Assembly: GCF_003991155.1 (NCBI RefSeq)
Contig: NZ_CP031293.1
DNA length: 64,000 nucleotides
DNA from: Escherichia coli
Lineage (GTDB): Bacteria; Pseudomonadota; Gammaproteobacteria; Enterobacterales; Enterobacteriaceae
Direction: 5' to 3' (one strand)
Part shown: positions 41,672 to 51,542 of the stretch, one piece after another
Layout: each line of letters starts with the position of its first letter
Numbering within the stretch: position 1 is the stretch's first letter
Notes under the pieces: model-generated
The model's input: the letters and a program-made list of their open reading frames with translations, nothing else
Told to the model about the DNA's origin: nothing
Database searches by the model: none
Made by a program: the position numbers and the translations under genes

Positions 41672-42715
41672 TTAATCCCTGATGTGAAGGGTGACGGAGG
41701 GCGGCGTTTTGGGCTGACCAATAAACGCCGTGCGTCCGATGCAGGAGCGGGAACGATCACCCAGCAGCATTCCTTTTGCCTGTTCCGGAGCCAGATCCAG
41801 CCGGAGATCCCAGGCAAACTGATCGCGCAACAGAAAGGCAATAAACATGGTCAGCGCCTGGTGGTTTTCGCCTTCCGGTAAAAACGAGAGATAGCACGCC
41901 ATGGAAAGATTACTTAACCGCAGCAGAAATTTTCCGCTGCGATCAGGTACTCTGGCACCCAGCGTAAAATTAACGCCAATGACGGAGCGCCCTGGTACGT
42001 ATCCGGCGGTTTTCTTTTTAGCATTACGCACGCCCAGCCGGTTCTGCTGGTCAGGCGCAATGACCACCTTTCGTAACTGCCAGCTTTCAATACTGACATC
42101 CGGCAGATCAAAGCAGTGGCTGACCAGGTTGCACACCACATCCGGCGAGCGCCCCGGCGTTGCCAGAATTCCGGCATACGCGAGCATTTTGCTGTGGTTG
42201 ATGGCAAGCCTGTCACGCACACTCTGGTTGCCCAGCCCAACCAGCGCATACATTCGCTGTGAAAAGACATCCGTCCCACCGTTGCGAAAACAGATGTAAT
42301 AGCGGTACTTACGCCAGGCATGGTAGGCAAATTGCGTCCAGCGGTGGCTGAACAGATCAAGAAATGCTTTCAGCCCTTCTTCATTCTGTGCGGATTCCCG
42401 CGCCATCCGATCCAGGTAATAACCGGGTAGCGGAGACTGGCCGCCGGAGAAACCGAGAAATTTTGTGGTCAGGGTAAACTGCCCGGAATCCCTGCGCTCA
42501 AGCGTGCTCAGGTCGCTACAGGGAAAGGCAATACTGGCGTCAGATTTAAACAGCGCCACTTCCTTTTCTGGCTCGGTGCGCAGGGACGGATCCTGATTCG
42601 GTGCACCATATCGGCGGTACAGTGATTCCATCAGCACATAAAAATTTATCCCGCGCACATCCGGGAGTATTCCCGTTCCCTCTATATCAGGGCGTGCTGG
42701 CCCGTATGTTGCCAT
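41672..42715 (-). CDS. tssG: T6SS baseplate protein TssG
   Basis: Size and position between tssF and tagH. Confidence 0.7.
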   Translation of the reverse strand: MATYGPARPDIEGTGILPDVRGINFYVLMESLYRRYGAPNQDPSLRTEPEKEVALFKSDASIAFPCSDLSTLERRDSGQFTLTTKFLGFSGGQSPLPGYYLDRMARESAQNEEGLKAFLDLFSHRWTQFAYHAWRKYRYYICFRNGGTDVFSQRMYALVGLGNQSVRDRLAINHSKMLAYAGILATPGRSPDVVCNLVSHCFDLPDVSIESWQLRKVVIAPDQQNRLGVRNAKKKTAGYVPGRSVIGVNFTLGARVPDRSGKFLLRLSNLSMACYLSFLPEGENHQALTMFIAFLLRDQFAWDLRLDLAPEQAKGMLLGDRSRSCIGRTAFIGQPKTPPSVTLHIRD

Positions 42716-44505
42716 TCCCAGGACTCCTGACTTTCCGTGTTAATAATTTTGAGGCAGTGAAATGAGTTGATGCTGGCATAAAGGGCAAAGAAGTATGAGA
42801 GCACCGTCCCCAGGAAATAGATCTCCCCCTCACAGACAAAGGGTGCGGGGTTAATCCACAGCGTGGTGGAGAGACCGCGGACCGGTATGCCTTTAAACAG
42901 GCGATCGACGGGACGGGATTCCATTTTTTCGATGGCATCCAGCTTCTGGGAGGAAAGCCGGGCCTGCTGCGGGTGATGAATGCCTGGTAAATCAAAAGTA
43001 CGCAGTACCTGAACCAGTGCTTCCCTGTCCAGCAGCGAGAGGTAGTTCAGGTTCATGCTTGAAATCAGCGACCAGTGCATATCACCATCCGTCACCGGGT
43101 ATAACGGGCGGGTTGGCCGGGTGACATTGCTGAAGGAAGCCACTGCCGGGTTTTTATTCACGGCTTCACAGATATCACCCACATGCAGTGACGCGGGCAA
43201 CATCCGGTTGGTGCATACCAGCGAGGCCGTGAACACTTCTCCGTCCAGTAGGGCCTGCTCCGGCAGGCTGCCATCAGCATGGACAAAGGCAATGGAATGA
43301 TCCAGTCCCCGGTGAAACAGTGACGTTTTTGTGCGGTGATGCCAGTAAACGACTTCACGCTGACGGCTGTACTCGATCTGGTGCTGAAAACCCTCAAATT
43401 CAGGCCAAAGGCGATACTTTTCCCCTTTGCTGACCGTTGGAAGTTTGCTGGAAACAGATTTTATCTGAAAAATATCATAGAACTCTGGATACTGTTGGCT
43501 GGCCGTTAATGGGTACTGTGGCGCACTGTCATCGGGCCTCACGGGTTCAGAATGATGGACAAACAGGTTCACTGCTGGTGTGCAATATGGACGAAGTGAA
43601 GCCTTACGCAGCTTAACATCCACCGGAAGAGGCAGATTAAAGTGCAGTCGTAGTGTAAAAGCATGGAGCGGGAAGCCTTTCGGCAACGGTGCAGCCTCCC
43701 GCAGATGAAAGAAGAAAAAGCTCTCCGGATAACAGAAATACTCCTGAAGTACACGGTAGCCATTATGTACGTTTTTCGGCCACGGCAGCAGCGCATCCTC
43801 CCGCTCAAATCCCGCAGCCTCAAGCCACAGATCCGGCAGCGCCACACGGTGATCTCCGGCTACCAGTTCCGCATCCATCAGACGCTCACTAAACCACAGA
43901 TAGAGTTGATGGCGGGTATAATCATCCTCATTTCCCAGCCAGAAGGAGAGCTTATTCAGATCCAGTTCACCGGGAGAAACGTTTCCCTCAGTGAAAAAAT
44001 CTATCTCAATGACACCTTCTTTGAGGGTACTGGTATTCCGTACATCCCTTACCATCAGGGGTTGTAGCCAGATATCACGCGCCAGTGTGAAATAGCAGTT
44101 CGGCAGTGCGGCTTTGTTATCATCATCGGTTAACGCCCCCCGAGCATAAGTTCGCATACTGCTGCCTGTCTGCGTTTTTATCAGCTCGTCGCGGTGTACC
44201 TGGACGGATGATTTCAGTTCCTTACGGGGTTGGTATTCAATCACTGCCATTGCCGGAACCGGGCGTAAATAGTTAGGCCACAACATATTAATCAGGCTAT
44301 GCGTAAATTCCGGGAATTCATCCTCCAGCTTTTGTCGCAAACCGCCCGAGAGAAACGCAAACGCCTCCATCAGGCGTTCCACATCAGGATCACCTTCCTT
44401 TTCAGCCAGAAAGCGGGCCAGATAAGGTTTCTCCTGTGACAGCAGCTTGCCAAGCTGACGTAGATAATCAAGCTCTTCTCGATAGTAACGTTCTTCGAAG
44501 GCCAT
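42682..44505 (-). CDS. tssF: T6SS baseplate protein TssF
   Basis: MAFEERYYREELDYLRQLG N-terminus typical of TssF; GGAG RBS. Confidence 0.8.
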   Translation of the reverse strand: MAFEERYYREELDYLRQLGKLLSQEKPYLARFLAEKEGDPDVERLMEAFAFLSGGLRQKLEDEFPEFTHSLINMLWPNYLRPVPAMAVIEYQPRKELKSSVQVHRDELIKTQTGSSMRTYARGALTDDDNKAALPNCYFTLARDIWLQPLMVRDVRNTSTLKEGVIEIDFFTEGNVSPGELDLNKLSFWLGNEDDYTRHQLYLWFSERLMDAELVAGDHRVALPDLWLEAAGFEREDALLPWPKNVHNGYRVLQEYFCYPESFFFFHLREAAPLPKGFPLHAFTLRLHFNLPLPVDVKLRKASLRPYCTPAVNLFVHHSEPVRPDDSAPQYPLTASQQYPEFYDIFQIKSVSSKLPTVSKGEKYRLWPEFEGFQHQIEYSRQREVVYWHHRTKTSLFHRGLDHSIAFVHADGSLPEQALLDGEVFTASLVCTNRMLPASLHVGDICEAVNKNPAVASFSNVTRPTRPLYPVTDGDMHWSLISSMNLNYLSLLDREALVQVLRTFDLPGIHHPQQARLSSQKLDAIEKMESRPVDRLFKGIPVRGLSTTLWINPAPFVCEGEIYFLGTVLSYFFALYASINSFHCLKIINTESQESWEWQHTGQHALI

Positions 44506-44509
44506 CAGA

Positions 44510-44932
44510 TTACTCCACACACCAATGCTGGTGGTTATCCAGCAAAATATCAAATTCCAGAACATCCTGTCGGTCACTGAAATCTATGTACGCTACAATA
44601 TGAAAACCTAGCTCCAGTGGCGCGTGCATTTCCTCTTCGGCAGCACTAACCACCACATCAGAAATGCGGGGTTCGTAACGCAGAATGCTATTTTTAATAG
44701 CCAGAATCATCCAGTCCCGGATGTTCATGGAGTCAGGGGAGCCATCATTAAAATCTACAATCCCAAGCTCCGGAGAACCGTGGCAACTACCAGAACGGGT
44801 GTTGAGTATATTGCGCAGGTTATTGCGAACAGAATGCAACAACGCCACCTTTGGACGTTGACGCGAAGAGGGATTTACCGCCTCACCAATACGCTCAAAC
44901 AAACTTCCTCCCGACTCCCGTTCCGTTACCAT
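44510..44932 (-). CDS. tssE: T6SS baseplate protein TssE (gp25-like)
   Basis: SLFERI motif near N-terminus; about 140 aa. Confidence 0.75.
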   Translation of the reverse strand: MVTERESGGSLFERIGEAVNPSSRQRPKVALLHSVRNNLRNILNTRSGSCHGSPELGIVDFNDGSPDSMNIRDWMILAIKNSILRYEPRISDVVVSAAEEEMHAPLELGFHIVAYIDFSDRQDVLEFDILLDNHQHWCVE

Positions 44933-44934
44933 GC

Positions 44935-46419
44935 TCACTCCTTGTCCAGACGTCCGACCAGGGATAATTCAAATGAAGCCCCCATGTATTTGAAGTGCGG
45001 ACGTACTGCGATATTGACCTGATACCAGCCCGGTTCACCTTCAACATCAGCAACTTCAATTTTTGCCTGGCGTAATGGCTTGCGGCTGCGAACTTCTGAA
45101 GGCGGGTTTTCCTGGTCAGCCACATACTGACGAATCCAGGTGTTTAACTCGCGTTCAAGATCTCCACGCTCTTTCCATGAACCCAACTGTTCACGCTGAA
45201 GCACTTTAATGTAATGCGCCAGCCTGTTGATAATGAACAGATAAGGAAGCTGAGTGCCCAGTTTGTAGTTAGTCTCGGCTTCTTTTCCTTCCGGCGTATT
45301 GGGGAATACTTTCGGCTTCTGTACTGAATTGGCGGAGAAAAATGCTGCATTGTCAGAGCCTTTACGCATAGTCAGAGTGATGAAACCCTGCTCTGCCAGC
45401 TCATACTCCCGTCTGTCGGTAATGAGAATTTCCGTCGGGACTTTAGCCTGAAGCTGGCCCATAGCCTCATATAAATGCACGGGCAAATCTTTTACAGCAC
45501 CACCACTTTGTGGACCGACAATATTCGGGCACCAGCGCGTTGACATGAAACTCTCAGCCATGTTTGCTGCCAGCAGAAACGCGGTGTTACCCCACAAATA
45601 GTGTTCGTGGTTTTTGCTGACATTTTCATGATAATTAAAGCTTTTCACCGGATTCTCATCAGGCGCATAAGGGTGACGCAACAGGAAACGCGGTGCTGTC
45701 AGACCGAGATTTCGGGAGTCTTCTGACTCACGCAGTGAACGCCATTTGGTGTAAGCCGGGCCTTCGAAAATGGCGGCAACATCCTTGATACCAGGAAGTT
45801 CGGTAAACGAATCCAGGCCAAAGAAATCAGGGGAAACGGAAGACAGGAACGGGCAGTGAGCCATCGCGCTGACTGCGCTGATATATTTCAGCAGCTTCAT
45901 ATCGGCGGCGGTATTATCGAAAGCGTAATTACCAATAACAGCGGCAACTGGCTCCCCACCAAACTGGCCGAAACCACTGGAATAAACATGCCGGTAGTAT
46001 CCTGACTGGGTAATTTCCGGAGCAAATTCAAAATCATCCAGCAGTTCTTCTTTGGTAGCATGCATCAGATGAATTTTGATGTTTTCGCGCGGATCGGCAT
46101 GGTCAACCAGCAGTTTCAGTGAACGCAGGAACGATTCCAGCTCCTGAAACTCCGGGGCATGGAGAATCAAATCCATTTGACGCCCCATGCGCTCATCGAT
46201 GTCAGCAATCATGCCATTGACGGCAAGAATATCGACGGACTCCGCCTCTTCATCACTTTGTAACAGCGCAGTGATAAAAGCAGTCACGCCCTGACGGGCA
46301 ATATCGTAGCTTTCTGATTCCGGTTTAAAACGAGTCTGCGCCATGATTTCATCCAGCAGGGTGGGCGCGGAGACCGGTGCAGCGGAAGCAGATACTTCCG
46401 GTAAGGTAGTTTCTGACAT
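44935..46419 (-). CDS. tssC: T6SS sheath large subunit TssC
   Basis: About 495 aa, conserved sheath protein pattern; start at ATG 46419. Confidence 0.9.
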   Translation of the reverse strand: MSETTLPEVSASAAPVSAPTLLDEIMAQTRFKPESESYDIARQGVTAFITALLQSDEEAESVDILAVNGMIADIDERMGRQMDLILHAPEFQELESFLRSLKLLVDHADPRENIKIHLMHATKEELLDDFEFAPEITQSGYYRHVYSSGFGQFGGEPVAAVIGNYAFDNTAADMKLLKYISAVSAMAHCPFLSSVSPDFFGLDSFTELPGIKDVAAIFEGPAYTKWRSLRESEDSRNLGLTAPRFLLRHPYAPDENPVKSFNYHENVSKNHEHYLWGNTAFLLAANMAESFMSTRWCPNIVGPQSGGAVKDLPVHLYEAMGQLQAKVPTEILITDRREYELAEQGFITLTMRKGSDNAAFFSANSVQKPKVFPNTPEGKEAETNYKLGTQLPYLFIINRLAHYIKVLQREQLGSWKERGDLERELNTWIRQYVADQENPPSEVRSRKPLRQAKIEVADVEGEPGWYQVNIAVRPHFKYMGASFELSLVGRLDKE

Positions 46420-46438
46420 ACTGAAGTCCTTGTACAAG

Positions 46439-46945
46439 TTATTTCCGGCCTGCGAGGCCCAGCTCTGCAATCAGTTGCTCACGGCTCTTTTCGTCATCAA
46501 GCAATGCCTGAAGTTGTGCACGGAACGCAGGGATATTGCCCATTGGCCCCCGAAGCGCCACCAATGCTTCGCGTAGTTCCAGCATTTTGCGCATCTCCGG
46601 CACCTGGGAGGCAATGTTGTCCGGAGAAAGATCGGCCAGCGAGCTGATTTTCAGATTTACGCTCATGCGCGTATCAGGCGTTTCGCTGAGAGCAGACGGA
46701 ACGGTGAAATCACGACCAATCCCTGCCTGATCCAGCACTGCGTTAAAGTTGTTGCGGTTGATGGCAACGGGCTGGCGCTCATCCAGTGGCGTGTTATCTG
46801 CATCACCTGTCAAATTGCCAGTAACCAACAGATTTAGCGGTAATTCCACTTCTGCTGTCTGATTCCCCGTTTTTGGCTTAAATTTAATATTTACTCTTTC
46901 TTTTGGGGCAATACTGCCACCACCGTCATTTCTTCTGCTGCTCAT
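46439..46945 (-). CDS. tssB: T6SS sheath small subunit TssB
   Basis: MSSRRNDGGGSIAPKERVNIKFK... typical TssB; start ATG 46945. Confidence 0.85.
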   Translation of the reverse strand: MSSRRNDGGGSIAPKERVNIKFKPKTGNQTAEVELPLNLLVTGNLTGDADNTPLDERQPVAINRNNFNAVLDQAGIGRDFTVPSALSETPDTRMSVNLKISSLADLSPDNIASQVPEMRKMLELREALVALRGPMGNIPAFRAQLQALLDDEKSREQLIAELGLAGRK

Positions 46946-47230
46946 AAGAATAATCCATAAGGTTATCATCCAGGCCATGAGCGCAGCATGTTCTGCATTT
47001 AAAAAATACAGCAAATACCAGCCCAATGGCAGTAAAAAAATAAAATTCTACACATTCATAGCGTCACATTCTACGCGCAGAAAAGCATTTGAAAAGAAAA
47101 TTTTCAAGGGGTATCCTTCCACGAAACAATAGGAACAACAAAAGACAAAGAAGCCTGAAACCATGCATGCCAAGCACGCAATGCCCAATAGTGAATTATG
47201 TAACTCATTGATTTTAGATCTTTGATCAAG

Positions 47231-47312
47231 AAACATAAGGATTTCTTATGACTTACAGAATATATATAAATTCCGTGATTATAATTTGAAATAAAATAAG
47301 GATATCCTTATT
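47231..47312. promoter_or_regulatory. Two related palindromes in the tssB-hcp divergent promoter region
   Basis: cataaggatttcttatg (about 47234-47250) and perfect 18-bp palindrome aataaggatatccttatt (47295-47312). Confidence 0.35.
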
Positions 47313-47627
47313 TTTATCAAAGTGACAATTAAGAACAACAGAATATAATATATATTCATGATAAAGCCATGCCTTTTATAGATGGTGATTGAAAAACATT
47401 TACCAACCACTAGCGATCATCCACTCGTTGATTAAAGTTTAACTAAACAGAAAGTTTAAAATTTGTAAAAACAATTATTACGACAAGCGTTAATTCGCAT
47501 TGTCTGTAAATCAAGCACAGAGAAATGGTGTGGTTCTAGGCATGGACCGTATCGTTATCTGCCTGCCAGGGATTAATGGCAGGTCATCAGCAAGTTGTTG
47601 TTAAGAACATTCACAAGGAGTTTACAA

Positions 47628-48146
47628 ATGCCAACACCGTGTTATATCTCAATTACTGGTCAGACCCAGGGAAACATCACCGCAGGTGCATTTACTGCTG
47701 ATTCCGTCGGCAATATCTACGTGCAGGGCCATGAAGATGAAATGCTGGTGCAGGAATTCCTGCATAACGTCACCGTCCCGACGGACCCACAATCTGGCCA
47801 GCCAGCCGGACAGCGCGCTCACAAGCCATTTATCTTCACTGTGGCGCTGAACAAAGCAGTCCCCCTGCTGTACAACGCGCTGGCCTCCGGTGAAATGCTG
47901 CCTACCACTGAACTGCACTGGTGGCGTACCTCTGTGGAAGGCAAACAGGAACATTACTTCACTACCCGCCTGACAGACTCGACAATTGTTGATATGAAGT
48001 TGCATATGCCGCACTGCCAGGACCCGGCAAAACGCGAGTTCACCCAGTTACTCGAAGTTTCGCTGGCCTACCGCAAAATCGAGTGGGAACACGTTAAGTC
48101 AGGCACTTCTGGCGCTGACGACTGGCGTGCACCGCTGGAAGCATAA
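47628..48146 (+). CDS. hcp: Hcp T6SS tube protein
   Basis: MPTPCYISITGQTQGNITAGAF... typical Hcp1; AAGGAG RBS 7 nt before ATG. Confidence 0.9.
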   Translation: MPTPCYISITGQTQGNITAGAFTADSVGNIYVQGHEDEMLVQEFLHNVTVPTDPQSGQPAGQRAHKPFIFTVALNKAVPLLYNALASGEMLPTTELHWWRTSVEGKQEHYFTTRLTDSTIVDMKLHMPHCQDPAKREFTQLLEVSLAYRKIEWEHVKSGTSGADDWRAPLEA

Positions 48147-48156
48147 GTTAAGACAA

Positions 48157-48190
48157 CAGCATCCGACCGTCTGGCCGGGTGCTGTTTTTG
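48157..48190 (+). terminator. Intrinsic terminator after hcp
   Basis: 9-bp stem cagcatccg / cgggtgctg (one G-U wobble), 10-nt loop, then ttttt. Confidence 0.5.
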
Positions 48191-48359
48191 TATTACACCG
48201 CAGGAAAAAAGGTTGTCAGTAAGGGGTTACGTTTTTACGGGAGATGGCGGATGCCGGATACTTCGGCGGTAGCGTGCCTGAAATCCAGCGTAACACTGTA
48301 CTGTCACAGCAACTGAACTGTGGAGTGTGTGTTTTCCTGTAAGCATCAGGGAGGTCTAA

Positions 48360-50348
48360 ATGTCATTAAAAGGATTGCGTTTTACGCTGAAAGTGGACGG
48401 CCAAAATGCGGACACCTTCGCCGTGGTAAATTTCTGGCTGATGCAGAATTTCTCGTTTCCATTTGTTATGGATGTAGATGTCGCCAGCAAGGAGTTTGGT
48501 ATTCAAGCAAATAGCTTGCTGGAAAAAAAAGCCACGCTGATCATCTGGCAGGGCCCCAAGGCGCTGCGTTATGTATCGGGTGTAATTGCCAGTTTCGGAA
48601 TGAAAGAAAACAATAACTGGCAGATGCAGTACCGCCTTCGTATCCAGCCACCTCTGTGGCGTAGCGGCCTACGCCAGAATTTCCGTATTTTTCAACAGCA
48701 AGATATTGCAACTATTTCAGCCACCTTACTGGATGAGAATGGTGTAACAGACTGGGAGCCATCCTTAAACAGTGAGCACCCTACTCGCGAGTTCTGCGTA
48801 CAGTATGGCGAAACGGACCTGGCATTTCTGTCACGGCTATGGGCAGAAGAAGGCATTTATTTTTATGATAAGTTAGCCCCGAACGGCCCGGATCAGAAAC
48901 TGACATTATGTGATGATGCAGCAGGTTTGTCGCCAATAGGAACCATTACCTTCAACCCAAATACCCGAACTGAAGCCGACAAGGAGTGCATCAATGCGTT
49001 TCATTACGAAGCTAATGTTCGTCCTTCATCAATACTGAGCAAAGACTACACCTTTAAAACCCCCGGCTGGGAAGGCAAATATATCCGACAGGGCGAGAAT
49101 CTGAACAACCAGTTTGAACAGTATGAAATCTATGACTACCCAGGACGTTTCAAGGATGAACAGCACGGGCAGGATTTTACCCGTTATCAGATGGATGGGT
49201 TGCGTAATGATGCGGAATTAGGCAGCGGTAGCAGCAATTCGCCGAGGCTATGGCCAGGAACCCGTTTCAAACTGGAGAACCATCCACAGAAAACCCTGAA
49301 CCGGGAATGGCAAGTGATCGGTAGCACACTAACGGGCGAACAGCCGCAGGCATTACATGGTAGCCAGGGTTACGGAACCTCGATGCATAACCAGTTTACT
49401 GTTATCCCGGCAGACCGTACCTGGCGTCCACAGCCAATGATGAAGCCAAAGGTAGATGGTCCACAAAGTGCCATTGTCACCGGTCCGGCTGGCGAGGAAA
49501 TTTTCTGCGATGAACATGGCCGGGTACGGGTGAAGTTTCACTGGGACAGAACCAAAACCAAAGATGAGAATAACTCCTGTTGGGTACGAGTGTCACAAGC
49601 CTGGGCTGGAGCCGGATTCGGCAACCTTGCCATTCCGCGTATAGACCAGGAAGTGATTGTCGATTTTCTTAACGGCGATCCCGACCAGCCCATCATCATG
49701 GGACGTACTTATCACCAGGATAACCGCTCTCCCGGTGGTCTGCCTGGCACCAAAACGCAGATGACTATCCGTTCAAAAACCTACAAAGGTGAGGGTTTTA
49801 ACGAACTACGTTTTGAGGATGCGACCAGTAACGAACAGCTTTATATGCACGCCCAGAAGGACATGGTGACAGAGGTACTGCATGACCGGACGACAACAGT
49901 GGATCACGACCATACCGAAACAGTGAAGAATAACCAGACGGTCACAGTAGTTGTTGGTCAGACGGTCAATGTGGGCAGTAAAAAAGAAGGCGGACACGAC
50001 CAGAAAGTGACGGTTGCCCACGACCAGACAGTCACGGTTCAGAACAACCAGACGCTGAATGTCACAGAAAAGCGTGAAAAAAATGTGGGTGGAGACCAGA
50101 AGGTCACTATCACTGGCGGCGATGATGAAACTGTCATGAAGTCGCAAAAGGTAACAGTAAAAGAAAACTATACGCTTGATGTCACCAAAGAAACGAAGAT
50201 TATTTCCGGCGAGTCGATTGAGCTTATCTGTGGCTCCTGCTCCCTGAAAATGGAAAAAGGTGGCAAGGTAACAATCTCCGGCTCAGAGTTTGATTTTACT
50301 GCTGGTGGCCTTGTGCATATCAACGGTAAAGACGTATTTATCAACTGA
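48360..50348 (+). CDS. vgrG: T6SS spike protein VgrG (TssI)
   Basis: 662 aa; gp27/gp5-like pattern and C-terminal beta-helix repeats (VTV..NQTV); AGGGAGG RBS. Confidence 0.9.
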   Translation: MSLKGLRFTLKVDGQNADTFAVVNFWLMQNFSFPFVMDVDVASKEFGIQANSLLEKKATLIIWQGPKALRYVSGVIASFGMKENNNWQMQYRLRIQPPLWRSGLRQNFRIFQQQDIATISATLLDENGVTDWEPSLNSEHPTREFCVQYGETDLAFLSRLWAEEGIYFYDKLAPNGPDQKLTLCDDAAGLSPIGTITFNPNTRTEADKECINAFHYEANVRPSSILSKDYTFKTPGWEGKYIRQGENLNNQFEQYEIYDYPGRFKDEQHGQDFTRYQMDGLRNDAELGSGSSNSPRLWPGTRFKLENHPQKTLNREWQVIGSTLTGEQPQALHGSQGYGTSMHNQFTVIPADRTWRPQPMMKPKVDGPQSAIVTGPAGEEIFCDEHGRVRVKFHWDRTKTKDENNSCWVRVSQAWAGAGFGNLAIPRIDQEVIVDFLNGDPDQPIIMGRTYHQDNRSPGGLPGTKTQMTIRSKTYKGEGFNELRFEDATSNEQLYMHAQKDMVTEVLHDRTTTVDHDHTETVKNNQTVTVVVGQTVNVGSKKEGGHDQKVTVAHDQTVTVQNNQTLNVTEKREKNVGGDQKVTITGGDDETVMKSQKVTVKENYTLDVTKETKIISGESIELICGSCSLKMEKGGKVTISGSEFDFTAGGLVHINGKDVFIN

Positions 50349-50358
50349 GGCGTGAAAA

Positions 50359-51540
50359 ATGGAATTTCGTAATCTTACGCCGTTTTCAGTAATGCAATAT
50401 GCAATGGACGACAAACACAACGAGCGTCATTGTGTGGTCGCCATGAAAACCGGCTTCCGGCTGAAGCAGGACGAGAATGGTCAGTGGCAGGCACAACTGA
50501 TGGAAAACCCGCCATTGCCGCTCTGTGTGGAGGATGAGTATGCCGGGGAGATGAACACCTCTCCGGTACTGCGTGAAAGTGACCTTGCTCCTCTGAAACC
50601 CGCCTGTGACATCATCATCAACGGAACAGCTTATACGCCGGGAGGCGCTGCCGTGCCAGAAATGACGGCAGGCGTTCTTATGCTCTCATCGACAGGTGAG
50701 GTGCTGACAGACAAAAAACTGCGGATAACAGGCCAGCGTTTCTACAGGTACCAGCCGTTAATCCGCCAGTGGTATGAAACTGAACCGGAACCCTTCACCT
50801 CCCTGCCGCTTGACTACCGTTACGCTTTCGGCGGCGAATGCCGCGTGGAGGCAGGCAGCGAATATGCCAGCCGCGTCCCCGAAGAATATCGCCTGACCGA
50901 AGACCAGCGTCGGGAACACCCAAACCAGGAGAATCCACCACTGGCGCATATGGCCTGTCCGGTCAATCCACTCGGATTAGGCTATATGCAGCAGTGGTAT
51001 CTGCGGGCCTGTCAGGTTCAGCAGGTTGAAGCGCCCCGCATCATCGCCGTGGACAGCCCATTCACACTCAAACAGTTCACAGACTGTCTCGAAGGGAAAG
51101 CAGACTGGTTTGCCCCCGAATTTCAGCCAGCCGGTTTTGGCTGTATCGGGCGCGCCTGGCTGCCACGGTTATCTCTTGCTGGCACCTATGACCAGGAGTG
51201 GCTGGAAACACAACACCCCGACCTGCCGGATGATTTTGATTTTAACTACTGGAACTGCGCCCCGGATGACCAGCGCATCCCTTTTCCTCTGCCAGGACTG
51301 GGATTTGTACTGACGGGTTTTCGCCCGGAGGGCGATATCCGGTTCACCCTGCCCGCACATGAAGGACGCCTTCTGTTGCGCGCCATGAGCGGGCATCGAA
51401 TGCCATTACCCATGTTGCTGGATACGGTGGAAATCAATACTGACACCCTGACCGTGGCGCTGACCTGGCGCTTTCTGCTGCCCAACAGCACACCACCGGT
51501 GCGGGTACTGGAAGCCCGCTACAGAACAAGGAGCGCCTAA
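50359..51540 (+). CDS. DUF2169-family T6SS adaptor protein
   Basis: Position between vgrG and PAAR-Rhs; size and sequence pattern as in DUF2169 adaptors. Confidence 0.7.
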   Translation: MEFRNLTPFSVMQYAMDDKHNERHCVVAMKTGFRLKQDENGQWQAQLMENPPLPLCVEDEYAGEMNTSPVLRESDLAPLKPACDIIINGTAYTPGGAAVPEMTAGVLMLSSTGEVLTDKKLRITGQRFYRYQPLIRQWYETEPEPFTSLPLDYRYAFGGECRVEAGSEYASRVPEEYRLTEDQRREHPNQENPPLAHMACPVNPLGLGYMQQWYLRACQVQQVEAPRIIAVDSPFTLKQFTDCLEGKADWFAPEFQPAGFGCIGRAWLPRLSLAGTYDQEWLETQHPDLPDDFDFNYWNCAPDDQRIPFPLPGLGFVLTGFRPEGDIRFTLPAHEGRLLLRAMSGHRMPLPMLLDTVEINTDTLTVALTWRFLLPNSTPPVRVLEARYRTRSA

Positions 51541-51542
51541 GG

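Noticed and set aside
28156-43300. Numerous plus-strand ORFs of 60-250 aa inside the T6SS genes (for example 36519..37289, 38937..39557, 41297..41881)
   Set aside because: They are antisense to long, well-supported minus-strand genes in GC-rich DNA, where stop codons are rare; none has a recognisable motif
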